Positions 25,001-36,849 of a DNA stretch of 64,000 nucleotides are shown piece by piece. The DNA is taken from NCBI GenBank assembly GCA_036172245.1, contig JAYWIR010000011.1, positions 62,001-126,000 of the forward strand, read 5' to 3'. Under the pieces are notes generated by a model. That model was given only the letters and a program-made list of their open reading frames with translations. It did not search any database and was not told where the DNA came from. Each line of letters begins with the position of its first letter. Positions within the stretch are counted from its first letter, which is position 1. This stretch comes from Raillietiella orientalis. Lineage: Eukaryota. The position numbers and the translations under genes are program-made.

Positions 25001-27136
25001 TCATCCCTGGTAGAAAACCTGATTGTAGAAAATTCCCTCTTTGTTATCGAGGACAGTTAAATGTTTTCGATCGTCCTGTCCCTCATAAATGATTGTGCAT
25101 AGCCCCACGATTCCGAGAAAATCCTGTCCTCCCAATCAAAAATATCTCCTGAAAATGAAATCAGAAACACCGCAACGTTTCCTTGGTTTCCATTTCCCTG
25201 AGAAGAAAGCGAAAGCGAGGAGAAGTGACTCCCTGCATTGCTCCCAAGTAGTGCAATGGCGAACGGTTAGCTCTACCTCCGTTCCGGAATTCAAAATAAA
25301 AGCCAACCAACCTACCTGTAACCAAGCGACGCGATTTCGGGTCGTCCGCAGCGCTGTCCAACACCCTTCGTTTCGTCTGAAGAGCGAAAATGAAGTCTTT
25401 GCCTCCACCACGGACAGGCAATTCGGACGCCGCGATGTCCTTTCCATCGTAGCCGCACATCGATACCTTCTCGATAAAGCGCGCGGAATTCCGACGCAAG
25501 TGGACGAAGCTTCCGGGTTTCCCGATTGCAGAAGGATTAGGCGGTTACGCGGGGCACCACTCGCCTCAACATATACACAGCAACTGCATGTGGCTGCTTT
25601 CTCCAGTGGTTCTCAATCGCGATTCCATTTTTTTCGAAGCGGGTGACCTAATCCTTGAAGGACCATCCAGATCTCCAACTCGGGGCAGAGCATGCACGAG
25701 AGAAAACTGTCCACTGTGAAAGACGAAACTCGGTTTCTCATTTTTGACACGGGCTGCATTGTCCTTTTGTGGTTGAACGGAGGGAGGAAGTTTGTAATCT
25801 CCGGTTTTCTGGAACACTTCCAGGGGGTGGGATTCTGAAGGACGCAACGTGCACCGCTCACCTGCATTGAGCCGAGGTAAACAAGCGATGGCACCTGAAG
25901 TTGCCAAGTTTGTTGCTTTCGAGTACGCGGTAGTTGCAGCAAAAGACAACCATCCAGCACGTAAACAAGCCTTTACGTTTTCCCTCCTCCTCCTCTTTTC
26001 TCTCTATCCGAATCTGGATCCGTTCCTCCTACGAACAGGCTTTTTCTTTTTGGGGAGGGAGGCGGGGAGTGGGGGGCGCAAGTGCCTGACATTCCTTTCT
26101 TCGCGCTCCCTTTCAGCAGGGCTTCAAATCTCCGTTTGAGGGATCTGCACATCTTTGCACGTTGCAATCAGCGCGACTGGGTCACAATGGAAGAGACCAC
26201 ACTGTTTCCACAGGCGATCCACATAGCGCAGTGAGTGCATCACTGAACGGGAAATCGGAACGCAAGATGAAACGAGGTGAACAAACTCGGCTGCTGACTT
26301 GCCTACCGAAACCGGTTGAGATGCCTTCCAGCGGAAACTCCACCACCGAGCGAAACACGCGACACGGATTGCGTTCACTTGCAAGCAGCCACGTGCAGGA
26401 CACAGTGGCACATGTAAGAGCAGCTCACGAAGAAACCTCGCTCTCTAAGTGACACTGTCATGAAGCTGAGTAGAAGCAGAGACAAGTGGGAGTGCAACCG
26501 CAGGAAGAGTGAAGTATCCCAAAGGTTTTCAGCTTTCTCCCATCTGCAGCATCTGAAGTTTCCCCATGGCTGCATAATTATTTCCGTGTTCTTAAAAGAT
26601 ATTCATGGAATAGACAAGAACTGCGGGGGCAACATGAATACCGGAAGTGTTCGTCCTGCCCCTCCTGCTTCTTCAAGGTGAATAGTAAACTCCTGCAGCA
26701 GATCCTCATGTATAAACACTTGTGAGAACGGAAACAAAGGAGTAAACCAACATTCATTCTGTAGTAACTGTCAAAAGGGGAAAGGGAGCAAAAACAGGAA
26801 ACACGTGGCCGTAACTGCTCCGAAGAGGAAGAGTGGAGAAGGCAGGTTATAGGGAGCACTGGGAGAAAAATGGGGTAGGGAGAGAGCTTCAGAAATCAAG
26901 TCGAAAGAAAGATAAAGATGGGATCGAAGAAGGAAGGGTGGCAGGTGGAACGAGGGGAAAAAATTCAAGCAACGAAACGAGCAAAACAGCTTCACAAGAA
27001 GAGGAAAAGAAGGGAAGAACGAGGGAAAAGGGAAGGGAAAAGAGGAAAGCGTCTTCCGAGATTTCGGTTGTCAGCGAATCACAGTTCGTTTTTCCTTCCG
27101 CTCTTCTTACATGGGAATCCTCGAGCACAGACATCG

Positions 27137-28104
27137 CCACGAGAATGGGCAGCGCGTATCGTCTGCCAGTGCCACTTGGCAGACTATCCGAGTGGCATCG
27201 TAGACTTCCACGAGAGATAATCCCATGCCAGCCGAGGAGACGATTCACGACAGAAAAAAGGAAAAAGACGAAGAAGTAGAAGAGATTTCCTCCACGCAAA
27301 GTTCATTCTGTGCACTGCAGGCTCGTTTCTCCTCCTTGATGGCGATTCATCTCAAAAGACGTGGCTGGTTTGCGTGGTTCTGGGGGCAGCGGCAGCGCTC
27401 TGGATGATGAGGAAGGAGGTGGGTGCAGGTGCCTGGGCGTTGCCGGGATCGTCAAGATTTCCTGCGTCCGTTCCCAGATCGCAGGGCTGGTCGGGAGCTC
27501 CTGGTGGCGCTCCCCGGATGACGACCTCAAGGACGACGAAGAGGGGCCGGGCTGCGTGGTGTCGGGGAGCAACACGGGCCCGTCCAGCATCTTCCCAGGG
27601 GAGTCCGGAGATTAGCGGGACGCCTCCGAGCCACCTCCCGTGGTGGTGCGGGTGAAGCTCTGAGGGCTTTGCATGCGGGCAGCTAAGGCTTTTCGTTTTC
27701 AGGAATCGGAGGAGGCGTGGCGCCGTGTGTCCAGAAGGTGAAAGCATTCCCAGTTGGACGGACGGCGGGCCGTTCCAGAAAGAATGAAGCGAAACCAAGA
27801 GGGATCCCTGTTGTCTTTTAGTGAATCGGACTGGCACAAGGGAGGAAGGGATGGAAACGGGATGGAAAGGGGGGGCGGGGGAAATGAGGAAAAGGCAAAA
27901 GAGTCCGGAAGACGGAGGGGCGGCGGGGGAGTCCGATGTGAAAGTAGGTGAGCAGCAGGAAGGAGAAGGGAGCTGACCGACGAAAGGAGGGGAAGGGGCG
28001 GACAAAAGGATTAGCGAACTGAAGAAGGTGGGAAAAGCGTGAAACCAAGAAGTGGGGCGAAGAAGGAGCTGTCGTGAACACAAAGATGGGGTTGGTAGGA
28101 ACGG
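27137..28104. repeat. Left arm of a 968-bp inverted duplication (partner 30564-31531)
   Basis: Six ORF pairs are identical on opposite strands with a constant coordinate sum of 58668 (e.g. 27352..28083- equals 30585..31316+). Both boundaries were checked base by base: mismatches begin at 27136/31532 and at 28105/30563. Confidence 0.97.
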
Positions 28105-28949
28105 GAAGGTGAACGAGGTGGAACAAGTGTGGCAGGTGCTACCATTTCAGCACGCCTTCAGAACGTGCTGACGCGTCCTCGCTCACTCCCGCGAACGGTC
28201 TCTTCGCTTCGTCCGTGGGGGGGGAGCTCCTCTTCGAGCCCTTCTTGCTTTTGCGGAGCAGACAGCCGTCTTTGCAGGAAACGCGGAAAGACTTCCTGTT
28301 CCTCTGTTGATGAATTTCCTAGAGCTCGGAAGTGGGAAGTAGGAAGCCGTCGGTGCTCATCTTGGGATTTGGTGCACCTCCGTCAGGCTGTGTTTCCAGG
28401 TTGCCTGCAATGGATCCGTTGGATGTCTGCTTAGTCTGCAGCATGGGGAGAAAAGGAAATCGTGCTATTTTCCGTGGTCACGTGGAAGGTGCAGACTACT
28501 TGGACATCGCGAGGTGTTTCAGAGGGGGGGGGGGGATGTTGTACGAATCGAGTGGTGTCGACAGGAAACGTCGTGGGTGCACCAAACGAGTTTCCGCGCG
28601 TGATCGTGTGGTACCGACTCGCAAAGTAGAGAACGAAGAAGGTGCGTGGAGGGAAATCCTGCGTGAAAGACTTGGATTGTCTTTTCTTAAGTGAGCACCC
28701 TATTTTTTCCGAGGTGTGTCGCCCTTTGCTAGACGAGCGATGGCAAAGGAATTACGGAGCCGGTGCTGCGTGCATGGTCAAATGATGAAAGATGATTTGC
28801 TGGTTGCCAAGGAGACGCAATTGCTCTCGTTCTGCATGTGCATGGACGTGTTCCTTCTCTGCTGAGTAGTTGCCATTCATGTTTGCATAATTCGTCTGAG
28901 ACAATAAGCGTGCTCTTACGAATGAACTCGGTCCGTGATTTGTACGTGT

Positions 28950-29695
28950 CTAATCTTTTAGTTTGCTTGTGAAGTGATTTCCTTCCAAAATTAGTTTTCT
29001 ATACCGTATTGAAAAGTTGCTATTATTTGTGTCATTAGTTGTCCGAAGATCAGTCCATTTCTTGTATGGTATAATTTTGAGGTTTGGAAATAGACGTTTC
29101 CCACAGTCTTTGGTGCCCGTAAAAGAAAACAATTCGGGAAGACAAATTCTTAACGGTCATAGTCGTATCAATACATGGCCTTTCTCAAGAAAAGACTCCT
29201 GGATTGAGTCAGGTATCAATTCATGTCATAGTTCATTAGCAATTGGTGAAGTTTGTAAAAGTTATCAAAAAGGAAGTATTTAGAATGAAAGGATTCGTTG
29301 GTTCCAAACACATGACACTGACTGAAACATATGCTATTCAGTGAGTAGGGAAAATGTTATGTTGTTATTCATTTACAGGCAGGTATTTCAGAGAGCATTT
29401 TTGATGACACTTGATCAAGTTGGCTTCTATCTAAAATTGGGATAGAAACCGACCAATCCGGTAGTCTATTTCCAGGGTATTGGAGCTGTTTGTCATCAGT
29501 ATTTGCAATAGCAAAACTTGATAAAAGTGTTGCTGCATTATCACCAATTGTTGATAATGCAGCAACACTTTCAGGATGTTTAGAAAGTGCTACAAGTAGC
29601 AGGGAAACTTTAGCTGTTACTTCACCACCTTCAAACAAACATAATAGCTCAGTCAAAATCACAGTTTATGGTGAAAGAGCTTCTGGAATCACCTA
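28950..29695 (-). pseudogene. AT-rich spliced gene fragment with in-frame stops; unidentified host protein
   Basis: On the minus strand, acceptor CTGTAG| precedes VIPEALSP*TVILTELLCLFEGGEVTAKVSLLLVALSKHPES..SEIPA |GTAAATG. A second block reads ILPF**LLQTSPIANEL*HELIPDSIQESFLEKGHVLIRL*PLRICLPELFSFTG.. and looks like globular protein interrupted by TGA/TAA codons. Composition resembles CDK12 exons rather than the surrounding TE relics. Confidence 0.45.
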
Positions 29696-30563
29696 CAGAT
29701 AATATTTCACAGAATCAAAGTTAGCAAAGTTAGCTACTAATTTATGTTATGCAGGCATATCTCAGATGAAGTGGGCTTGATAGATTCATTGTTTGAAATT
29801 GTTTGAAATTAGGCTGTTTAATGGAAAGCAGACAATAGGTTCATTATGGTGCACCAAGTGCTGGAGTTGAATAGCTCATTGACAATACTGCCAAAAAAAG
29901 AAAAAAAAAAAATGATAGCTACTTTAACATTGAAAGAAGCAATAAACTAAAGTGGGAATCTTAAAATGAATGTGCAAGGGGAAGTCAATAGGCATACTCT
30001 TGAAAATGCCATTCTCTTAGCTAGAAGGGTGGTAATCTGATTGTTACAGGCACCAAAGGCACAAGTTTTCAAAAGGAGTCTCCTGTGAATCCTACAGTTG
30101 TTGTAAAAAAGAACTTGTATTAGGGGTCGATTTCATCTTTAAATTTAGGTTATGTTGTGTGGCTTTTTATGTGAATGACTTTGACCTTCTGCCCTCTGTT
30201 TTCGTCTCCTCGTTCCCCTCACCTTCCTTTCTTCCTTCATTTCATGCAGCTCCTTCTCCAGCTTATCCTTCCTCATGATGCCCTCAATCGTTTCGTTTCT
30301 TCAACTCCTTTTGCGTTAGCAGTTTTCCTGCCCAGACTTTTTCCCTTTTCTGCTTCCTTTCTGGATCATTTTCCCCTGTTTTCCTCCTGTTTCTCTTTCC
30401 GAAATCCCACCTCTTTTGCACGAAAACACCCATCACCATTCCAGCTGGATTTCTCTTCGAACCTGCAAGAATTCGACAGCGTTTTTTGTTTCTTTGATTC
30501 TTCTAGCTTCGTTCCCTTTTTTCCGTTTTTTGTTTCTTTTTTTCTTCATCTTCCATTCGTTTT

Positions 30564-31531
30564 CCGTTCCTACCAACCCCATCTTTGTGTTCACGACAGC
30601 TCCTTCTTCGCCCCACTTCTTGGTTTCACGCTTTTCCCACCTTCTTCAGTTCGCTAATCCTTTTGTCCGCCCCTTCCCCTCCTTTCGTCGGTCAGCTCCC
30701 TTCTCCTTCCTGCTGCTCACCTACTTTCACATCGGACTCCCCCGCCGCCCCTCCGTCTTCCGGACTCTTTTGCCTTTTCCTCATTTCCCCCGCCCCCCCT
30801 TTCCATCCCGTTTCCATCCCTTCCTCCCTTGTGCCAGTCCGATTCACTAAAAGACAACAGGGATCCCTCTTGGTTTCGCTTCATTCTTTCTGGAACGGCC
30901 CGCCGTCCGTCCAACTGGGAATGCTTTCACCTTCTGGACACACGGCGCCACGCCTCCTCCGATTCCTGAAAACGAAAAGCCTTAGCTGCCCGCATGCAAA
31001 GCCCTCAGAGCTTCACCCGCACCACCACGGGAGGTGGCTCGGAGGCGTCCCGCTAATCTCCGGACTCCCCTGGGAAGATGCTGGACGGGCCCGTGTTGCT
31101 CCCCGACACCACGCAGCCCGGCCCCTCTTCGTCGTCCTTGAGGTCGTCATCCGGGGAGCGCCACCAGGAGCTCCCGACCAGCCCTGCGATCTGGGAACGG
31201 ACGCAGGAAATCTTGACGATCCCGGCAACGCCCAGGCACCTGCACCCACCTCCTTCCTCATCATCCAGAGCGCTGCCGCTGCCCCCAGAACCACGCAAAC
31301 CAGCCACGTCTTTTGAGATGAATCGCCATCAAGGAGGAGAAACGAGCCTGCAGTGCACAGAATGAACTTTGCGTGGAGGAAATCTCTTCTACTTCTTCGT
31401 CTTTTTCCTTTTTTCTGTCGTGAATCGTCTCCTCGGCTGGCATGGGATTATCTCTCGTGGAAGTCTACGATGCCACTCGGATAGTCTGCCAAGTGGCACT
31501 GGCAGACGATACGCGCTGCCCATTCTCGTGG
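30564..31531. repeat. Right arm of the 968-bp inverted duplication (partner 27137-28104)
   Basis: Reverse complement of 27137-28104. No net indel (constant coordinate sum) and spot checks are identical. Confidence 0.97.
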
Positions 31532-32349
31532 AGACGCCTCGGCCAGACGGTGCCATCGGCAGAAGAAGAATAGACGGGTTAGGACCATTCCCTTTCTCGT
31601 GCTCCTCATATAAATACACATATTAACCTATACATTTTAAGGAGATACATTCATGTACATAATGAGCCTGCATATTTGTGCGTTTAGAATTTTTCGTGGC
31701 GTTCGGCGTTTGGAACCAAACCGCAGCGCAACAGTGAAACCACCGAAGGGTAGGACTGAAGATTGGAGACTGCGAACGGTTGTTAACCGTTGCGAGATGA
31801 GGATGTTAGAAGCTAGAAGCTATGTTAGTTGTTAGATGCTAGAAGGCCCTACGAAACCAGGGCGCGCGGAGCGATCAGAGCATCTCATGGGCTGCGATGC
31901 ACGCAGAAACTATCCAGGAGCGGGTTTTCCTCCGAGAGACGGTGACCTCGCTTGCATACGCCCACCGGGTCAGAACATTTGACCCCCGACAGAGGAGCAT
32001 TCAAGATTAGCGACCTGCCACCGTGGACTCGGGACTGTCCCTCAAGCTGACCGCCGATGGGATGGATCCATCATGCGGCCTGCAAAACGGTTCCAACAAT
32101 CACGCGTGTTTGCAGACGACACCTTGTCGAGTGTTCCGCTGAATGTGGAAAGGCTGCTTGTCTCTTGTCTTCCCGATATGGTAGGGACGCTTCGAAATTA
32201 GAAAGGAAAATTCCTTTATCGTTTCGATTTTCGTAATGGTCAAAACTTGCTAGGTTTCCACACATTAACTGAAACGTAATTCCCGTGATCATATTGAAAC
32301 ATTCTGGAGTTCCAACCGCTGAATGCGGAAAGTCATTTGGAACAATTTG

Positions 32350-33850
32350 AGTGTCACGGTCGTGGTTCACTTTCAGTGTTCCTTTGACTTGGGGTCATTA
32401 GGTGCTGGCGGGCGTTCCGCTTACTTGGACAGCTTCCGCCATCTTCTTCAGGATGTAGCGGTATGTCCCGGAGGGTGCTCTGCTGTAGTTCCTGATACCA
32501 ATCTCTTTCCGAGTCACTCCTTGGACGATGCCCGTCGCAGGTTCTGTTGCCCCGGTGCTCTTCATCATTGACCTTCTTATCGCGATACTCGTGATGAAGA
32601 GGGTGATGGTGGTGCGGACCGCGGCACCGTATCGGGAAACACTGCCGTTTCCTTCGAGTGCTTTCGCCAGGATGTCCATCTCCAGGGTCAACGGCAGGTC
32701 GGTTGTTGATGGCGATCCTGATGCAGCGTCGGCAGGTGAGAACGCCTGAAGCTGGGTTTTTTTCATGCCTTGCACGCCTCATCTTGGAGGCTACCTATCC
32801 AGCATTTCCGTCTGGGGCACTCAGTATTCCTAGATGGTAGAACATCCTCAACGTCCGGTGATAGTCAGTCTCTCCTCCCAAGACACCCTCAATTTCACGT
32901 TTCGGATCCCGTTGCGACTGGCAGCTGTAGCGAGAGGAACATCCTGGTTTTCCTTCCTTCCGGGAAAGACTTCCCGGAGGTCTTTCCTCACGTATGGCTT
33001 AGGGGTTCTTCCAAATTTCGCATGTATTGCGAGTGAATCTTCCACTCAGTTGTCGGATTGTAGGGAAGCATTCGGAGGCGGTGGTGGCAAACGGTTCGCA
33101 ATGTCCAGTCTTCATCCTTGTATTCTGATGTATCCACTGTGCCGTCTCCCTTGGAATGGGAAGGTGGGAAAAATCCCTGATCCCAGTTTCTCGACTCAGT
33201 TTCTCAATGCTGTTCACGCTTTTGCAGCGGTGAACCTCTCACCAGTTCCTGCTTTCTTTTCCAGGCGAGATCGGTGTTTACCCACTGCTGCCATCAGGCC
33301 TCTCAGTTGTTTGACAACCTCGAGAAGGTTCTGCGCGTCGCCAACGGCCACGTGTCCCAGTCTTCGGCAAATTCCAAGAGTCGTCGCATGTCCACGGTCT
33401 GCACGGAGTTCCATCGAGTTTATCCTGGTCCCAGCGTCCTCACGCGGTCAGAGCAAGGCTTCGGCTCCGCCTGCGGTTGGAATTCCTTCCGCAAGACAGC
33501 TGGTCGACTTTCGTCTGGATCTTCTTGCCCACTCGGCAAAGGGAGGTATCGACAAGCACCTGGGTTAGCAAAACGACATTCCGCAGGTTGGCCCTCTGTC
33601 CACGCACCGAAGTCAACTCGGAGGTGGATTGGCTGCTTCCTCTTTGGTTTTTTTCCCAGAATCTCTTCCCACGAGATCTGCCACGCAGATTCGTCGCTGT
33701 CGCGGATTCCCAGGTGCTTCGACGTGGAAAGGTCCAGGATTCCGATGGACAAAAGTTGGGATATCCGGGAATGGGTTTTGAACCTTAGTACCTTTTTTCT
33801 GTCGACTGGGCCACACCCCGGAACGCTTTCGTCCTTCACGGAGAAGATCC
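32350..33850 (-). mobile_element. Decayed R2-like (RLE) non-LTR 3' fragment
   Basis: STSKHLGI (KYLG-like), ETAQWIHQNTRMKTGHCEPFATTASECFPTIRQLSGR (N.W..M.G..LPTR..LSRGR-like), EEPLSH (knuckle remnant). Confidence 0.45.
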
Positions 33851-34059
33851 TCCGCTCATGCCAGATTTTTCACCCGGATTTGCTGGAGCGTTTAATATTA
33901 AAATAATAAAAGTGCAATCAGTTGGTCACATGGTCAAACACTCGGTTCACCACGTCCATCCAACTTGCGGATCACCGGCACGTAGGCAGGCGAGGTCCGC
34001 ACCAGCAGAGAAGGGGAAAGGGAAACCTTTGAGCAAAAGTTTTAGGGCGGAAGGGGAGA

Positions 34060-35950
34060 CGGGGAAAAGATAGTCTCACTGGGAAACGTCCGCTGCATCC
34101 TGTCCAGGAGGCTGGCAAGTTCCGTCCGTTTGTCACCCAGGAGGGACCATCTCGAGGTGCACTTCAGGAAGGTCGACGCCTTTTCGGCCTCTCCTTCCCG
34201 CATTCCAGGCTGCCCTGGTCCCACGAAGACATCAGAGAACTGCGAGGGGCGTGGCTGTGGCAGTCCGGGAAGGGTGCAAGCGTCCAGGAGCACTGGGGGG
34301 CCACTGCAGATCTTCCTCCGAAATATTCAGCAGCTCGCCCCAACGCAGAATTCCTCGAGGTGGGGCCCTTGAGTTCGCAGAGCCTGCAAGCTTGCTCGTC
34401 GTCCACTTACGCAGTCCTCTACCCCTCCTACCGGAGGTTTCCACGGAGCCCTCCCACCCAGCTGGAAGGCTGTTGCCCGTGTGTTCCCTCAGGGAGAGCA
34501 GAGCTGCGGCAAGGGAAGAGTCCTTCCTGACCACGCACTCTTCCATTTCTCCACCTGCGGCAGGCCGGGAACCTTTTCGTCTGGTGACGTCACTGGAGTT
34601 GCCGATCGGCAGCCCCCTGAAGGAGCTTGGAGGGCACATTGAGAGAGGGAAAGGAGCGCAGCTCACCCCTCCCCCCCGCCCCCTGCAGACGGCGTCCTCC
34701 TTCGCTCGGTGGTGCAGACGAGGTCATTTCTCCAGCTTCCTGACTATCGAGGAGGCGAGGTGGCGTGCGACCTTGTTGGGACGTCCCTCGCGTGACCCGG
34801 GAGTGATGCCATGGTCCCCTGTCGACGCGAGGGTGTCGCCGTTGGGGCAGTACGCGAAAGCCCGTCGCACGTGAGGTGGGCGGCGGCGCTGCAGCAGCCT
34901 TCTCTCCCGGGGTGGGGGACTGTCCGGGGCGAAGCAGGGCAGCCGCGAGGGCGTCCGTGGAACTACCCGAAGAGCACCTGGGGTCGGGAAGGCAGGTGGC
35001 TCGGGATCCCAGCCGCCGCCTCCTCGCCCGCATCCGGACTCGCTACCGCCGCCGGAACTGGGGCCGCGTCGCTCCCCAGGCGCGCGAGTAAGCCGACCCC
35101 CTCTGGAAGCTGCCAGATTGCACTATGGGTCGGGGCGGCGTGGGAGGGTCTCCTAGCACGACCCTCCCGGATGTACGACCCCAGCGACGCGCCGAAGCCC
35201 CTGTGGGTGGGGCGTCACGGCGGCCTGCTGCGCCTCGGAACGACGCCGAGAGGGGGCGACACAACTGCCCTTCCTGGGGGATCCTGAGAAGAAGGCGGGG
35301 GTGAGGGTGGACCTTTCCGGCGTCCCGCGAAGAGTGAGGGAGTCTCAGGTCGTGGGCAGACCACCGGGACAAGTGGCAGTCCCGCTGTCTTCGTCTGCTC
35401 GTTGGTTTTCCGTCAAGAGCGGCATAGCAACCGGCTGAGAAGGCTCAACGCTCCCTGCGAAGAAGCGGAAAAGCGGGCGACCTCGCTGTAAGGCGTCAGG
35501 GAGTCTGCCGGTTGGCAACTGCGGCGACGTCACCGGCCGAAGAGGATTTCCGCCTGCAGGAAGCGGAGGAATGGCACGGACGTTGGCCACCGGCGAAAGC
35601 CTAGGAGGAGGAACCATGCCTCTCGACTTCCTCAGGGGCGCCGTTCCTCCCGGCGCAGGAAGAAGAAGCAGCGCCGACGTGTTCGGCGAGCGAACGGGGT
35701 ATCTCTCCTGCGGCGCACGCGCCTCTTGTCCGGGTGTGCAGCCACCTGTGCCCACAGGCGATGGCGCGCCTCTCTCTCGTCCGCTTCGTTCAACGCGCGC
35801 CTCCGGCCGGAGGAACTGGACGTATCGCACCTGCAGGCGGGAGGCTGCTGGCTCCGCGCCGGGGCTGCACAGCAGCTCGATCGAGCTCTTGGGCGGAAGT
35901 GCCACGTCGTTTGAGCACCCGTGCGTGCCTCGCGTGCGGGCGAGCGCCAC
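34060..35950 (-). mobile_element. Second copy (3' half) of the same GC-rich LINE family, in inverted orientation
   Basis: The reverse complement of 34093-34264 aligns closely with 22328-22520 apart from one indel of about 20 bp. ILRWGELLNISEE parallels LVHRGELLDILPEE, and an RT4-like DALQRGRPLFRFFAGSVEP lies near 35450. Confidence 0.65.
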
Positions 35951-36849
35951 GTTCCCGTATCTTAGCAACGCTTCCGCCGCCAGTTTGTTAAGGCCTCTGC
36001 TTTGTTGCATGAATCAAAAGCACTGATTATGCGCAAGTCTGATGTTTTTCAATTTTTCTTACATAGAGAACTTGTATCGAATTTTTTGCCAACCTTCACT
36101 ATACCGAAGAATATTATACTCTGATTGATTTTCGGAACGTTTATGGCATCCGCAAATCCATGTGTGCCTTGTGCTTCCGAACATAGAAGCTATAAGGCGT
36201 GCCAGGTGCAACACGTACGCATATCAAGTTGAATAATCGTAAACTGATCCAGTGCATTTGCATAACGGTACCTGTTCGTATATAACTGAATTTCATATCC
36301 ATTAATGCTCACCTAGTTTCACTCATGAATATTTGATACTGTAAAATTGCATTCGAACTTAATTCCCTCTTCACCATCTTCCCGGAATCCTCAAGTCAGT
36401 AGCGAACTCTTAGATCACTCGAAGGAGCCGCTGCGCTGTTTCCCAGCATTTTTATATTTCCAAGTTTTCCTTCCTGCAAAATGAACTTTCACTGCATTTT
36501 TTCACTTGCATTTAGAAAATTTATATTAGAAATTTAGAAAATTTATTATATTGCATTTAGAAATGCTATACATTAATTTTATGCACGCATGTGTGGCATT
36601 CATGAATGGAGACAAGCTGAATCTATCAAGGTATAATTAGCAATGAGATACTTGGAGATCATTTGTTCCATATGATTTGAGGTATTCTTAGAGACTGCGT
36701 GACGAAGTGGGTTGGCAGTGCCAGGAGAAGCACAGCCACGTCCGATTTATCACAGATTGACGAAATGTGCCACACAGTCAGACTTCCTCTCTCCTGATCA
36801 GGTAAAATAAATCATTCGCTTTGTTTTGTACACAAACATTGCGTGCCGT

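Noticed and set aside
27352..28083. 243-aa ORF present twice, read as a duplicated gene
   Set aside because: Low-complexity Pro/Ser/Phe translation of a pyrimidine-rich strand with a non-ATG start; the duplication is just the inverted repeat.
27137..31531. Autonomous or standard TIR DNA transposon
   Set aside because: No target-site duplication and no transposase in the spacer; the flank texture fits an inversion with a duplicated breakpoint better.
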